32,000 nucleotides of DNA from Bdellovibrionales bacterium (GTDB lineage Bacteria; Bdellovibrionota; Bdellovibrionia; Bdellovibrionales; UBA1609): positions 420,001-452,000 of the forward strand of contig OY843585.1 in assembly GCA_963692945.1 (NCBI GenBank), written 5' to 3'. The notes beneath the pieces are model-generated. The model made no database searches. It worked only from the letters and a program-made list of their open reading frames with translations, and was not told the DNA's origin. The position numbers and the translations under genes are program-made. Positions 8,752 to 16,278 of this stretch are shown in pieces (position 1 is the first letter of the stretch; every line of letters starts with the position of its first letter).

Positions 8752-10671
8752 ATGTCGGTAAATAAAGTAAAAGTTCTTATTGTGGATGATGATCCTAATT
8801 TGCTTAAAGTCATGAAGGAAATGCTGGAGTCTAAAGGTTGTGAGGTTTTAACAGCAAGCCATCAAAGAGAAGCTTTAAGTCTGCTTTTAACTGAAATTAT
8901 AAATATTGTTTTTATAGATTGTGTTTTGTTGTCAGAACAGGGGATAGATTTAGTTAAAAACATTAGGAAGTATTTGGGTTTTTCTTTAGATATTGTAATG
9001 ATGAGTGGTATTGTTTCTCAAAATAGTGTCTATCAATATATAGGTAATAATATCAAAGGCTTTTTACCTAAGCCTATTTCCAATCAATATATTGATAGAT
9101 ATATCAGTGAAGTTAGAAACAATGTGATGTTTGGTGCAGAAAACGATTTTTTGTTAAGAGTTTTTAATAAAAAAGTTTTACCTAGTTATAAGCTGAAATA
9201 TTTACTTTCTTTAGAAAAAAGGAGAAGTGTTGATTTTTTACTGGTGTTAAATACTTTTTTGGATTCTCAAGAATCAGGACATATTACCTTTTCAACACAT
9301 AAAAAAAATAACCATAAGATAGATTTTAACAAAGGAGTTATTAGAAATTATAGCAATCCAGATTCAAGTGATTTTCTGGATTATATTGTGGAAAAAGGTT
9401 TTTTATTAGAAACGGAAGCTGAAAAATGGAGAGGAAGTACTAGTAAGGAACTGATAAATCAGATGTTTAAATCTTGTTCTATGAGTCCTTTTCAGATTCT
9501 TGATATGAAGCTGAGTGTATTAGGAAAAGTTTTAAAACAGATTATGATTAGTCCAAGTATTTCTTTTAAAACAAAATTATTTACTGTGGAAAAAGAAGAG
9601 TTTGATTTTCAATTTTTTCAAAAGGATTTAGCAAATTTTATTTTTAAAAACCAAGGGGAAAGGTTTAGCGAATCTCTTAACCCTTTATTTGGAAAACAGG
9701 TTCTAGATTTATCACTTAAGTTTGAAGCAGATAATGATGAGACGGATTACTATCCTGAAGTGAGACCTTTGGTAGCTAAATTAAAAACAGGTTTAAAACT
9801 AAATAGCTTTTCGCCAAAAGATAATAGTTTTTATAAATATTTATTTTATATTCTTACAAAGGGTGGAGTGTTTTTTTCTAGTTTGAGTGGTCAGTTTAAG
9901 TATATGCATCTTTATGAAAGATATAAAAGCTTACGGACACTTTTTCAGGGAAAGGACTCTTACCGTATCTTTCAGTTACTAGGTAATAAGGACAAAAGTG
10001 TATTATTAAATAATAATAAATTGATTCATGATATTTTTCTATCTTTTATGAATTTTAATCACTCTGATAAACTTCCAAAAGATTTACCAAAAGATCTTTT
10101 AGATCTTATTACAGAAGTGATTGAGCAAATTAGGCATCATCATAATATTATTTTTGATGTTAAATTAAAGAGAAAAATGGAAGATGATGAAAAAAATAGA
10201 AGAATGGAAAAAGTCATTGTTAACACAAAAAGAAAACAATCTTTGAAGGTTTTTTTGGAAAGAGGATATTATGATAAGGCCTTTTCTATTATAAAAGAAG
10301 TACCTGATGAATTGATGGATAAAGATATTACATGGAAGTTGCTTTATTTATGGTTAGAATTTGCCTATTCAAAAGAGGAAAGTTATGATGAACAAAAAGT
10401 GAAAAGGTATTTACAAGATCTTGTAAAGAATACTGAAATCAAGCAAAATCATCTTTATCATTATGTATTGGGTTTATATTATGAAAAGAATAATAATTAT
10501 CAGAAATCTCTTGTCTGTTATGAAAATGTAAAAGTTTTAGAACCATCTTTTAAAATTGTTTATTCATCTATCAATAGAGTGATGCTTGAAAATTTAAAAA
10601 GAAAAGAAACAACCTCTGTGTTTAAAAAAATATATGATTTTTCTAAAACTAAAAAGAAAAAAGTCAGCTGA
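8752..10671 (+). CDS. Multidomain response-regulator protein: receiver domain + PATAN/DUF4388-like region + degenerate J-like domain (HSD) + C-terminal TPR-like repeats
   Basis: The receiver domain has all key residues: VDDD, FIDC (phospho-Asp), MMSG, LPKP. Residues from about 159 (SVDFLLVLNTFLDSQESGHITF...IDFNKGVIRNY...FLDYIVEKGFLLETEAEKW) resemble the PATAN/DUF4388 pattern. Residues from about 402 (DSYRIFQLLGN...IHDIFLSFMNFNHSDK) align by eye to a DnaJ J-domain with HSD in place of HPD (codons 10060..10068). The C-terminus carries TPR-like motifs (YHYVLGLYYEKNNNYQKSLVCYENVKVLEPSF). Confidence 0.6.
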   Translation: MSVNKVKVLIVDDDPNLLKVMKEMLESKGCEVLTASHQREALSLLLTEIINIVFIDCVLLSEQGIDLVKNIRKYLGFSLDIVMMSGIVSQNSVYQYIGNNIKGFLPKPISNQYIDRYISEVRNNVMFGAENDFLLRVFNKKVLPSYKLKYLLSLEKRRSVDFLLVLNTFLDSQESGHITFSTHKKNNHKIDFNKGVIRNYSNPDSSDFLDYIVEKGFLLETEAEKWRGSTSKELINQMFKSCSMSPFQILDMKLSVLGKVLKQIMISPSISFKTKLFTVEKEEFDFQFFQKDLANFIFKNQGERFSESLNPLFGKQVLDLSLKFEADNDETDYYPEVRPLVAKLKTGLKLNSFSPKDNSFYKYLFYILTKGGVFFSSLSGQFKYMHLYERYKSLRTLFQGKDSYRIFQLLGNKDKSVLLNNNKLIHDIFLSFMNFNHSDKLPKDLPKDLLDLITEVIEQIRHHHNIIFDVKLKRKMEDDEKNRRMEKVIVNTKRKQSLKVFLERGYYDKAFSIIKEVPDELMDKDITWKLLYLWLEFAYSKEESYDEQKVKRYLQDLVKNTEIKQNHLYHYVLGLYYEKNNNYQKSLVCYENVKVLEPSFKIVYSSINRVMLENLKRKETTSVFKKIYDFSKTKKKKVS

Positions 10672-11331
10672 TTAATCTTTACTCGAAAGACCAAAAACGA
10701 TTCCATCAGAAATTAATTTTTTTACAGATGCAGGTGGTGGAGGAAAGGGCATAGAAGATTCAATGGCCTTTAAAACTTGGCTATCAAAAATATTATTATT
10801 TGAAGATGTTACTATTTTCTTATATATAACTTGTCCTTTATTATTGATTTTAACCTCTAATTGTGTGAAATAATCTCCATCAGATAAATATTTTGGTAAA
10901 TTCCAATGCAATTTAATTTTTCCTATAATTAGAGTTAAATAAATATTTATAGTTTCCATTTGCTCTTTTTCAGAAAGACCTCCCTCTACCCCTTGAGATA
11001 ATTTATTTCCTTTGATTTGTGTGTCTTTTTTTTGATGTGTATTAGATTTTTTTTCTATTTTTTGTTTTTTTTGAGATTTAGTCTTTGATTTTTTTGCTGA
11101 TTTTTTTTTATAAAGGTTTATAGGTTTTATTTTTTTTCTTACTTTTTTTGTCTGTGATTTTATTTTTTCTAAATCGGGTAAGCCAATAGTATCTACACGG
11201 ATAGAAGGTTGGATGATTGTTGTTTTAGAAAAAATATTCCAATTCAAATTTGTAAAAACGACAATTAGAATCATAATAAAATGTATGGATAATGAGATAA
11301 AAAAATAGAAATAAAAAGTGTTGTCTTTCAT
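10672..11331 (-). CDS. TonB/TolA-type energy transducer (N-terminal membrane anchor, Lys-rich linker, TonB_C-like domain)
   Basis: One N-terminal TM helix (FYFFISLSIHFIMILIVVF) and a highly basic low-complexity linker (KKVRKKIKP...KKSKTKSQKKQKIEKK). The C-terminus (LEVKINNKGQVIYKKIVTSSNNNIFDSQVLKAIESSMPFPPPP) resembles TonB/TolA C-terminal domains. Lies directly downstream of ExbB/ExbD-type genes. Confidence 0.65.
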   Translation of the reverse strand: MKDNTFYFYFFISLSIHFIMILIVVFTNLNWNIFSKTTIIQPSIRVDTIGLPDLEKIKSQTKKVRKKIKPINLYKKKSAKKSKTKSQKKQKIEKKSNTHQKKDTQIKGNKLSQGVEGGLSEKEQMETINIYLTLIIGKIKLHWNLPKYLSDGDYFTQLEVKINNKGQVIYKKIVTSSNNNIFDSQVLKAIESSMPFPPPPASVKKLISDGIVFGLSSKD

Positions 11332-11332
11332 C

Positions 11333-11740
11333 CTATTGATTTGTTACAAGACTGATTTCTGTTAAACCACTGGATTTAATTTCTCCTAGAGAGCGAGCAA
11401 CAAATCCATAAGGAACAGATTTATCAGCTTGTATATAAACTTGTTTACTATTCCGGTTTTTAAAAATAGCTTTTAATTTAGAATTCAACTGATTGAAAGG
11501 AATAGATTGCGTTCCTATATAAATTTTTTTATTTTTCTTTATTTGTAAAATAAAAGGATCTTTAGACGGTTTGACTCCAACGGCCTTTGTTTTTGGGAGA
11601 GATATATCAATACCTTGTTGAAGGAGTGGAGCTGTAACCATGAAAATAATAAGGAGAACTAACATAACATCCACAAACGGAGTTACATTGATTTCACTTA
11701 GAAGTTCTGATCTTTTGCTTTTATTTGGTGATGCACCCAC
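11333..11740 (-). CDS. ExbD/TolR family biopolymer transport protein
   Basis: 135 aa with the family signature INVTPFVDVMLVLLIIFMV, including the conserved TM Asp. The periplasmic domain ends in ...ISLVT. Confidence 0.8.
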   Translation of the reverse strand: MGASPNKSKRSELLSEINVTPFVDVMLVLLIIFMVTAPLLQQGIDISLPKTKAVGVKPSKDPFILQIKKNKKIYIGTQSIPFNQLNSKLKAIFKNRNSKQVYIQADKSVPYGFVARSLGEIKSSGLTEISLVTNQ

Positions 11741-11743
11741 AAT

Positions 11744-12523
11744 TTATTCACCTCTTTTTTGCAGAAAATTTCTTTTGGCTATGTTTATAAAATCTGTAGA
11801 AAAATTATTACAAATGAGTTCTTGTTTCTTAATTTGATTTAAAAAACTATTAAAGAAGATAGAAGCAGGAATAGCAGCAAATAAACCTACACCAGTGGCT
11901 AACAAAGCTTCTGCAATTCCTGGAGCAACAACATGAAGACTTGCAGAGCCCGTAGCTGCTATTTTATTAAAAGAATTCATAATGCCAAAAACAGTTCCAA
12001 ATAGGCCAATAAAGGGACAGCTACTTCCAGTCGTTGCTAAAAATCCTAACCCTATTTCTAAATGAGATATTTCATTATCTATACTTTTTCTTAGGGAGCG
12101 TTCCACATTATCAAATTCCATTAATTGGTAAGAAGGGGGAGTTGTTTTGTCTTCCGTATCGTGTTTAACAGATTTTTTCATTTCATTGTAACCGTTAATA
12201 AAAATTTGAGATAAAGGACTGTCTTCATGGGATCGTGCTGTATTGTATATTTCTTCAAAAGAATTTGCTTGTAAAAAGATATCTTCTAAATGGGTATTTT
12301 CTTCTTTGGTTTTTTTTAATACAATCCATTTCTGAAAAATAATGGCCCAAGAAATGATGGACATAGATATTAAAATAAGAAAAGTGAGTTGGACGATAAT
12401 ATTAGCAGATAAAATAGATTCCAATAGGTTAATAGATACTTCACTTGCTTCTGTAGGTGGTCCTTTTGTAGATTGTTCGGCAAAAGCCAAATAAGGGAGA
12501 AAAAGATTAGATAATAGATTCAT
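11744..12523 (-). CDS. MotA/TolQ/ExbB proton-channel family protein
   Basis: 259 aa with the C-terminal channel motif GSSCPFIGLFGTVFGIMNSF...APGIAEALLATGVGLFAAIPA. The N-terminal extension has a signal-like segment. Confidence 0.8.
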   Translation of the reverse strand: MNLLSNLFLPYLAFAEQSTKGPPTEASEVSINLLESILSANIIVQLTFLILISMSIISWAIIFQKWIVLKKTKEENTHLEDIFLQANSFEEIYNTARSHEDSPLSQIFINGYNEMKKSVKHDTEDKTTPPSYQLMEFDNVERSLRKSIDNEISHLEIGLGFLATTGSSCPFIGLFGTVFGIMNSFNKIAATGSASLHVVAPGIAEALLATGVGLFAAIPASIFFNSFLNQIKKQELICNNFSTDFINIAKRNFLQKRGE

Positions 12524-12542
12524 AGATTTAATTTAAGAATTT

Positions 12543-13490
12543 CTATTTGAGAAAGCAAGGCTTTTTATGTTCTATAAATGCTAAAGAGGTTTGAAAATTA
12601 GAACTTACAAGACCATTGATACTCTTAGCTAAAGATTTTGGAATTTCACTAGAAATATTTTCTTCCAATATCAAAAGCTTTTTTAAATTTTTGATATGAG
12701 ATATTATTTTTTTTGAGGGGGATAGAGACAATGGGATAAGTATTCCATCTCCTGGAAAATTCATAAAAGATTTGATTTGTAGGGTGTTTAAAATCTGAAA
12801 CCGGATGATTTTTTTAAAAGAATGGAGTAATAAAATTTTTGGATGGCTTTGAGAGATTTGTTTTAAAAGTTTTTCATGAGGTGAAGTTAAGTAGATAGAG
12901 TTTTGATGAGTTATTAATAAATTCAATTGTTCCTGAATTTTTTTATTGTTTTTTCCTTCCAGTTTAAGAAGAAGTTTAGTCTTTGGGTATTTTCTAAGAA
13001 TGGCATTCAAGGAGAGAGGCTTTAGTTTATAGACATCCATAAAGGATTGTTGGAGTTCCTTATAATTTAAATGAGAGATTTCTATTCGCTCAAGATTTTG
13101 AGAAAAAATAAAAGATTTTTTACTAATGAGCCAATGATTATCCTTTGTGAGATAAAGTGGGAGAGTTATAAGTAAATGATGGGAAGGGATATTATTTTGT
13201 TTCAAATGAGTTTTCATGGAAGAGATTTGTTTAAAAAAGTCTTTTTCTGAAATCAAATGGGGGTAAGAGTGATTTTGAGCAAAATTTATAGGTTTTCTTT
13301 TTAACGAGGTCTTTTCTAAAAAAAGAGGTGATACTCCTATAAGAGGAGGGCATTGTGTTTCAAAAAAAGATTTAGTTTTAAGATTAGGATGTTGATTTGT
13401 CTTTAAAGAATTCTTAGAAAGTAGAATAGCTATAAGGAAGGGTAGAAATGGAAAAAAAATAAGAAAGAGCCGTAAAAAAGCATTGTTCAT
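12543..13490 (-). CDS. Membrane-anchored hypothetical protein, possibly a catalytically degenerate glycerophosphodiester-phosphodiesterase-like (GDPD) fold
   Basis: The ORF track starts it at TTG 13553. I prefer ATG 13490..13488 (MNNAFLRLFLIFF...) because AAGGAG lies 10 nt upstream of it. It has one N-terminal TM helix. LYLTKDNHWLISKK, EISHLNYKELQ, LSLNAILRKYPKTKLLLKLEGK and INGLVSSNF follow the order of GDPD motifs but lack the catalytic His/Glu/Asp. Confidence 0.5.
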   Translation of the reverse strand: MNNAFLRLFLIFFPFLPFLIAILLSKNSLKTNQHPNLKTKSFFETQCPPLIGVSPLFLEKTSLKRKPINFAQNHSYPHLISEKDFFKQISSMKTHLKQNNIPSHHLLITLPLYLTKDNHWLISKKSFIFSQNLERIEISHLNYKELQQSFMDVYKLKPLSLNAILRKYPKTKLLLKLEGKNNKKIQEQLNLLITHQNSIYLTSPHEKLLKQISQSHPKILLLHSFKKIIRFQILNTLQIKSFMNFPGDGILIPLSLSPSKKIISHIKNLKKLLILEENISSEIPKSLAKSINGLVSSNFQTSLAFIEHKKPCFLK

Positions 13491-13567
13491 CGTAGAGTTT
13501 CTCCTTTTGAATCTTCGTTCTTTTTTATAGTTTTTAGGCTGAGAGGTCATCAAAAGATTTAAGCTTA

Positions 13568-13598
13568 TTTAAATAAGTCAAAATTTGACTTATTTAAA
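13568..13598. promoter_or_regulatory. Perfect 31-nt palindrome (15-1-15), candidate operator for the adjacent Rrf2 regulator
   Basis: tttaaataagtcaaa-a-tttgacttatttaaa. I checked every one of the 15 base pairs and all are complementary, with the centre at 13583. It lies in the divergent intergenic region just upstream of the Rrf2 gene. Confidence 0.6.
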
Positions 13599-13612
13599 AA
13601 ATGGTTTATATT
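13585..13612 (+). promoter_or_regulatory. Putative sigma70-type promoter of the Rrf2-suf operon (TTGACT-16 nt-TATATT)
   Basis: The -35 TTGACT (13585-13590) lies inside the right arm of the palindrome. The -10 TATATT is at 13607-13612. ATG 13622 is 9 nt downstream of the -10, giving a very short or absent leader. Confidence 0.4.
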
Positions 13613-13621
13613 GAGTGGCTT

Positions 13622-14053
13622 ATGTATCAAAGGATAAATCGTAGATTAGAGTATGCCATTATGGCTTTGAGGTATATGTCTAAAAAGACAAATCAATGGG
13701 TGTCTGTAAAAAAAATGGTGAATGAACTCCATTGTCCTTTTGATCCTTTTTCTAAGGTGATGCAAAAACTTTCCGATCATCATTTGATTCAATCTAGAAA
13801 AGGTGTAGGAGGAGGATATTCTTTTTCAGGAGATTTAGACAAAATCTCTCTTTATCAACTTATGTCTATTGTTTTACCTTCTACGGAAATCACAGAGTGT
13901 ATTTCAGGGGATTGTAATTTATTCAATTTTTGTACAATTAGATCTCCTATGGAAAATCTTAACGATCAATTGGGTCATTTTTATAAAGGAATATCTCTTC
14001 AAAAATTTTTTCAAAGTGAAAAACCAAAGAAAAATAAGAAAGGTGATTCCTAA
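13622..14053 (+). CDS. Rrf2-family (IscR/NsrR-like) transcriptional regulator, probable Fe-S cluster sensor of the suf operon
   Basis: Rrf2 winged-helix pattern (RLEYAIMALRYMSKK...VSVKKMVNELHCPFDPFSKVMQKLSDHHLIQSRKGVGGGYSF). Three clustered Cys (ECISGDCNLFNFC, C-X4-C-X5-C). The track start is 13601. I prefer ATG 13622 because the N-terminal length fits the family and a TTGACT-16-TATATT promoter would place 13601 upstream of the transcript. Confidence 0.75.
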   Translation: MYQRINRRLEYAIMALRYMSKKTNQWVSVKKMVNELHCPFDPFSKVMQKLSDHHLIQSRKGVGGGYSFSGDLDKISLYQLMSIVLPSTEITECISGDCNLFNFCTIRSPMENLNDQLGHFYKGISLQKFFQSEKPKKNKKGDS

Positions 14054-14066
14054 CTAAGGTTTAAAA

Positions 14067-15500
14067 ATGAAAGAACAATTAGCATCTATTAAAAAAGATT
14101 ATAAGTATGGTTTTGTAAGTGATATCAAATCCGATCGATTACAAAAAGGGTTAAATGAAGATGTCATTAAAGAAATCTCTTTTCGTAAAAAAGAACCATC
14201 TTGGGTTTTGGATTTAAGACTAAAAGCTTACAAACATTGGTTGACTTTAGAGGAACCAACTTGGGCTGATTTAAAATATCCAAAAATTGATTATCAAAAT
14301 ATCAGCTATTACTCTGTTCCTAAAAAAACTAAAAAATTAAAAAGTCTAAAAGAAGTTGATCCTGAATTATTAGCAACTTTTGAAAAATTAGGTATTCCTC
14401 TTTCTGAACAAAAGCGATTGTCTGGAGTGGCTGTTGATGCTGTGTTTGATAGCACTTCCATAGTGACCACTCATCAAGACACTTTAAAAAAACATGGAGT
14501 TATTTTTTGTTCTATGTCTGAAGCCATTCAAACTTATCCTGACCTTGTAAAAAAATATCTTTGTTCCGTTGTCCCTTATAAAGATAATTATTTTTCTTGT
14601 TTAAACACGGCTGTTTTTACAGATGGTTCTTTTTGTTATATTCCTAAAGGAGTTCGTTGTCCTTTGGATTTATCAACTTATTTTCGTATCAATGAAGCAC
14701 AGACGGGGCAGTTTGAAAGAACTTTAGTTATAGCTGAGGAAGGTTCTTTTGTTAATTACTTAGAAGGTTGCACCGCTCCTATGAGAACAGATAACCAGCT
14801 TCACGCCGCTGTTGTAGAATTGGTGGCTTTAGATAGGGCTGAAATTAGATATTCTACGGTTCAAAATTGGTATCCGGGCAATGAAAAAGGTCAGGGTGGT
14901 ATTTATAATTTTGTGACTAAGAGAGGACATTGCAGGGGTGAGTCTTCTAAAATCTCTTGGGTTCAAGTGGAAGTGGGTTCTGCTATCACATGGAAATATC
15001 CAAGTTGTGTTCTTATGGGGAATCGCTCGGAAGGAAGATTTTACTCTGTGGCTTTAACACACAATAAAATGCAAGCGGATACAGGAACAAAAATGATACA
15101 TTTAGGAAAAGATACAAAAAGTACTATTTTATCTAAAGGTATTTCTTCCAATGAGTCTATGAATGCTTATAGAGGTCAGGTTAAAATAAGTCCTTTGGCA
15201 GATCGGACTAGAAACTACTCTCAATGTGATTCTTTATTGGTGGGAGATAAAACAAGAGTTAAAACCATTCCTGTTATTGAGGTAAAAAACTTAAGTTCTA
15301 TAGTGGAGCACGAAGCTTCTACCTCCCGATTGAGTGAGGAGCAGTTCTTTTATTTAGAATCAAGAGGTTTAGATAGAGAGCAGTCTATTTCTTTAATTGT
15401 AAATGGTTTTTGTAAAGAAGTTTTTAAACAATTGCCGTTAGAGTTTTCTGTTGAAGCTGTGAAACTTATAGAAATGAAATTAGAAAATAGCATCGGTTAA
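14067..15500 (+). CDS. sufB: Fe-S cluster assembly protein SufB
   Basis: 477 aa with a typical SufB sequence ([55 protein letters not shown]). Followed by sufC and sufD. Confidence 0.9.
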   Translation: MKEQLASIKKDYKYGFVSDIKSDRLQKGLNEDVIKEISFRKKEPSWVLDLRLKAYKHWLTLEEPTWADLKYPKIDYQNISYYSVPKKTKKLKSLKEVDPELLATFEKLGIPLSEQKRLSGVAVDAVFDSTSIVTTHQDTLKKHGVIFCSMSEAIQTYPDLVKKYLCSVVPYKDNYFSCLNTAVFTDGSFCYIPKGVRCPLDLSTYFRINEAQTGQFERTLVIAEEGSFVNYLEGCTAPMRTDNQLHAAVVELVALDRAEIRYSTVQNWYPGNEKGQGGIYNFVTKRGHCRGESSKISWVQVEVGSAITWKYPSCVLMGNRSEGRFYSVALTHNKMQADTGTKMIHLGKDTKSTILSKGISSNESMNAYRGQVKISPLADRTRNYSQCDSLLVGDKTRVKTIPVIEVKNLSSIVEHEASTSRLSEEQFFYLESRGLDREQSISLIVNGFCKEVFKQLPLEFSVEAVKLIEMKLENSIG

Positions 15501-15516
15501 GAAGGGGAGATAAAAC

Positions 15517-16278
15517 ATGTTAAAAATTGAAGGGTTAAAAGCATCTATAGAAAAGGAATCCATTTTAAATGGGTTCAACTTAGAGGTGAAGTCTGGAGAA
15601 GTTCATGCTCTTATGGGGCCTAATGGATCTGGTAAAAGCACCTTAGCTAAAGTCATAGCGGGAGACCCTCGCTACACAGTCCTAGAGGGTAAGATTTCTT
15701 ACGAAGTGAACTTTAAATATAAAAATCTTTTAGAGATGGATGTTTCTACAAGATCTAAAGAAGGTGTATTTTTAGCTTTTCAATATCCTATAGAAATTCC
15801 AGGTCTTAACAATTTAACTTTTTTAAGAACGGCATTTAATTCTGTTTGTCGTCATCAAGGTGTCTCTGAAATGGATGAAAAAACTTTTAAAAAGTTGGCT
15901 GTTGAAAAAGCAAAAGATTTAGATATTGAAGAAAGTTTTTTATATCGTAATTTGAATGAAGGGTTTTCAGGTGGAGAAAAAAAACAGAATGAGATTTTAC
16001 AAATGATGATTTTATCTCCTAAGCTAGCTATTTTGGATGAAACTGATTCAGGGTTAGATGTTGATGCTCTTCAAAAAATGTCTAAAGGTGTTAATAAATT
16101 CCGATCTGAAGATAAAAGTTTGTTGCTTATTACACATTATCATCAGTTGCTTGAACTGATTCGTCCAGATTATGTTCATATTTTGATTGACGGAAAAATC
16201 AAAGAAACGGGAGATTTTTCTTTAGCTAAAAAAATAGAGGTGCAAGGTTATGATTGGCTTTCCAAAAAACTCAACTGA
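15517..16278 (+). CDS. sufC: Fe-S cluster assembly ATPase SufC
   Basis: Walker A GPNGSGKST, ABC signature FSGGEKKQNE, Walker B LAILDETDSGLD. Strong GAAGGGGAG Shine-Dalgarno. Confidence 0.9.
   Translation: MLKIEGLKASIEKESILNGFNLEVKSGEVHALMGPNGSGKSTLAKVIAGDPRYTVLEGKISYEVNFKYKNLLEMDVSTRSKEGVFLAFQYPIEIPGLNNLTFLRTAFNSVCRHQGVSEMDEKTFKKLAVEKAKDLDIEESFLYRNLNEGFSGGEKKQNEILQMMILSPKLAILDETDSGLDVDALQKMSKGVNKFRSEDKSLLLITHYHQLLELIRPDYVHILIDGKIKETGDFSLAKKIEVQGYDWLSKKLN

Noticed and set aside
8610-8813. 67-aa minus-strand ORF covering the ribD / response-regulator intergenic region
   Set aside because: It overlaps the 5' end of the receiver-domain gene by about 60 nt, has no ribosome-binding site, and gives a featureless hydrophobic translation. 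I kept the region as intergenic/promoter.
10672-12523. Naming the cluster tolQ-tolR-tolA
   Set aside because: tolB, pal and ybgC are not adjacent, and the C-terminal domain fits TonB_C-type folds equally well. Tol and ExbBD-TonB cannot be separated from sequence alone, so I used family-level names.
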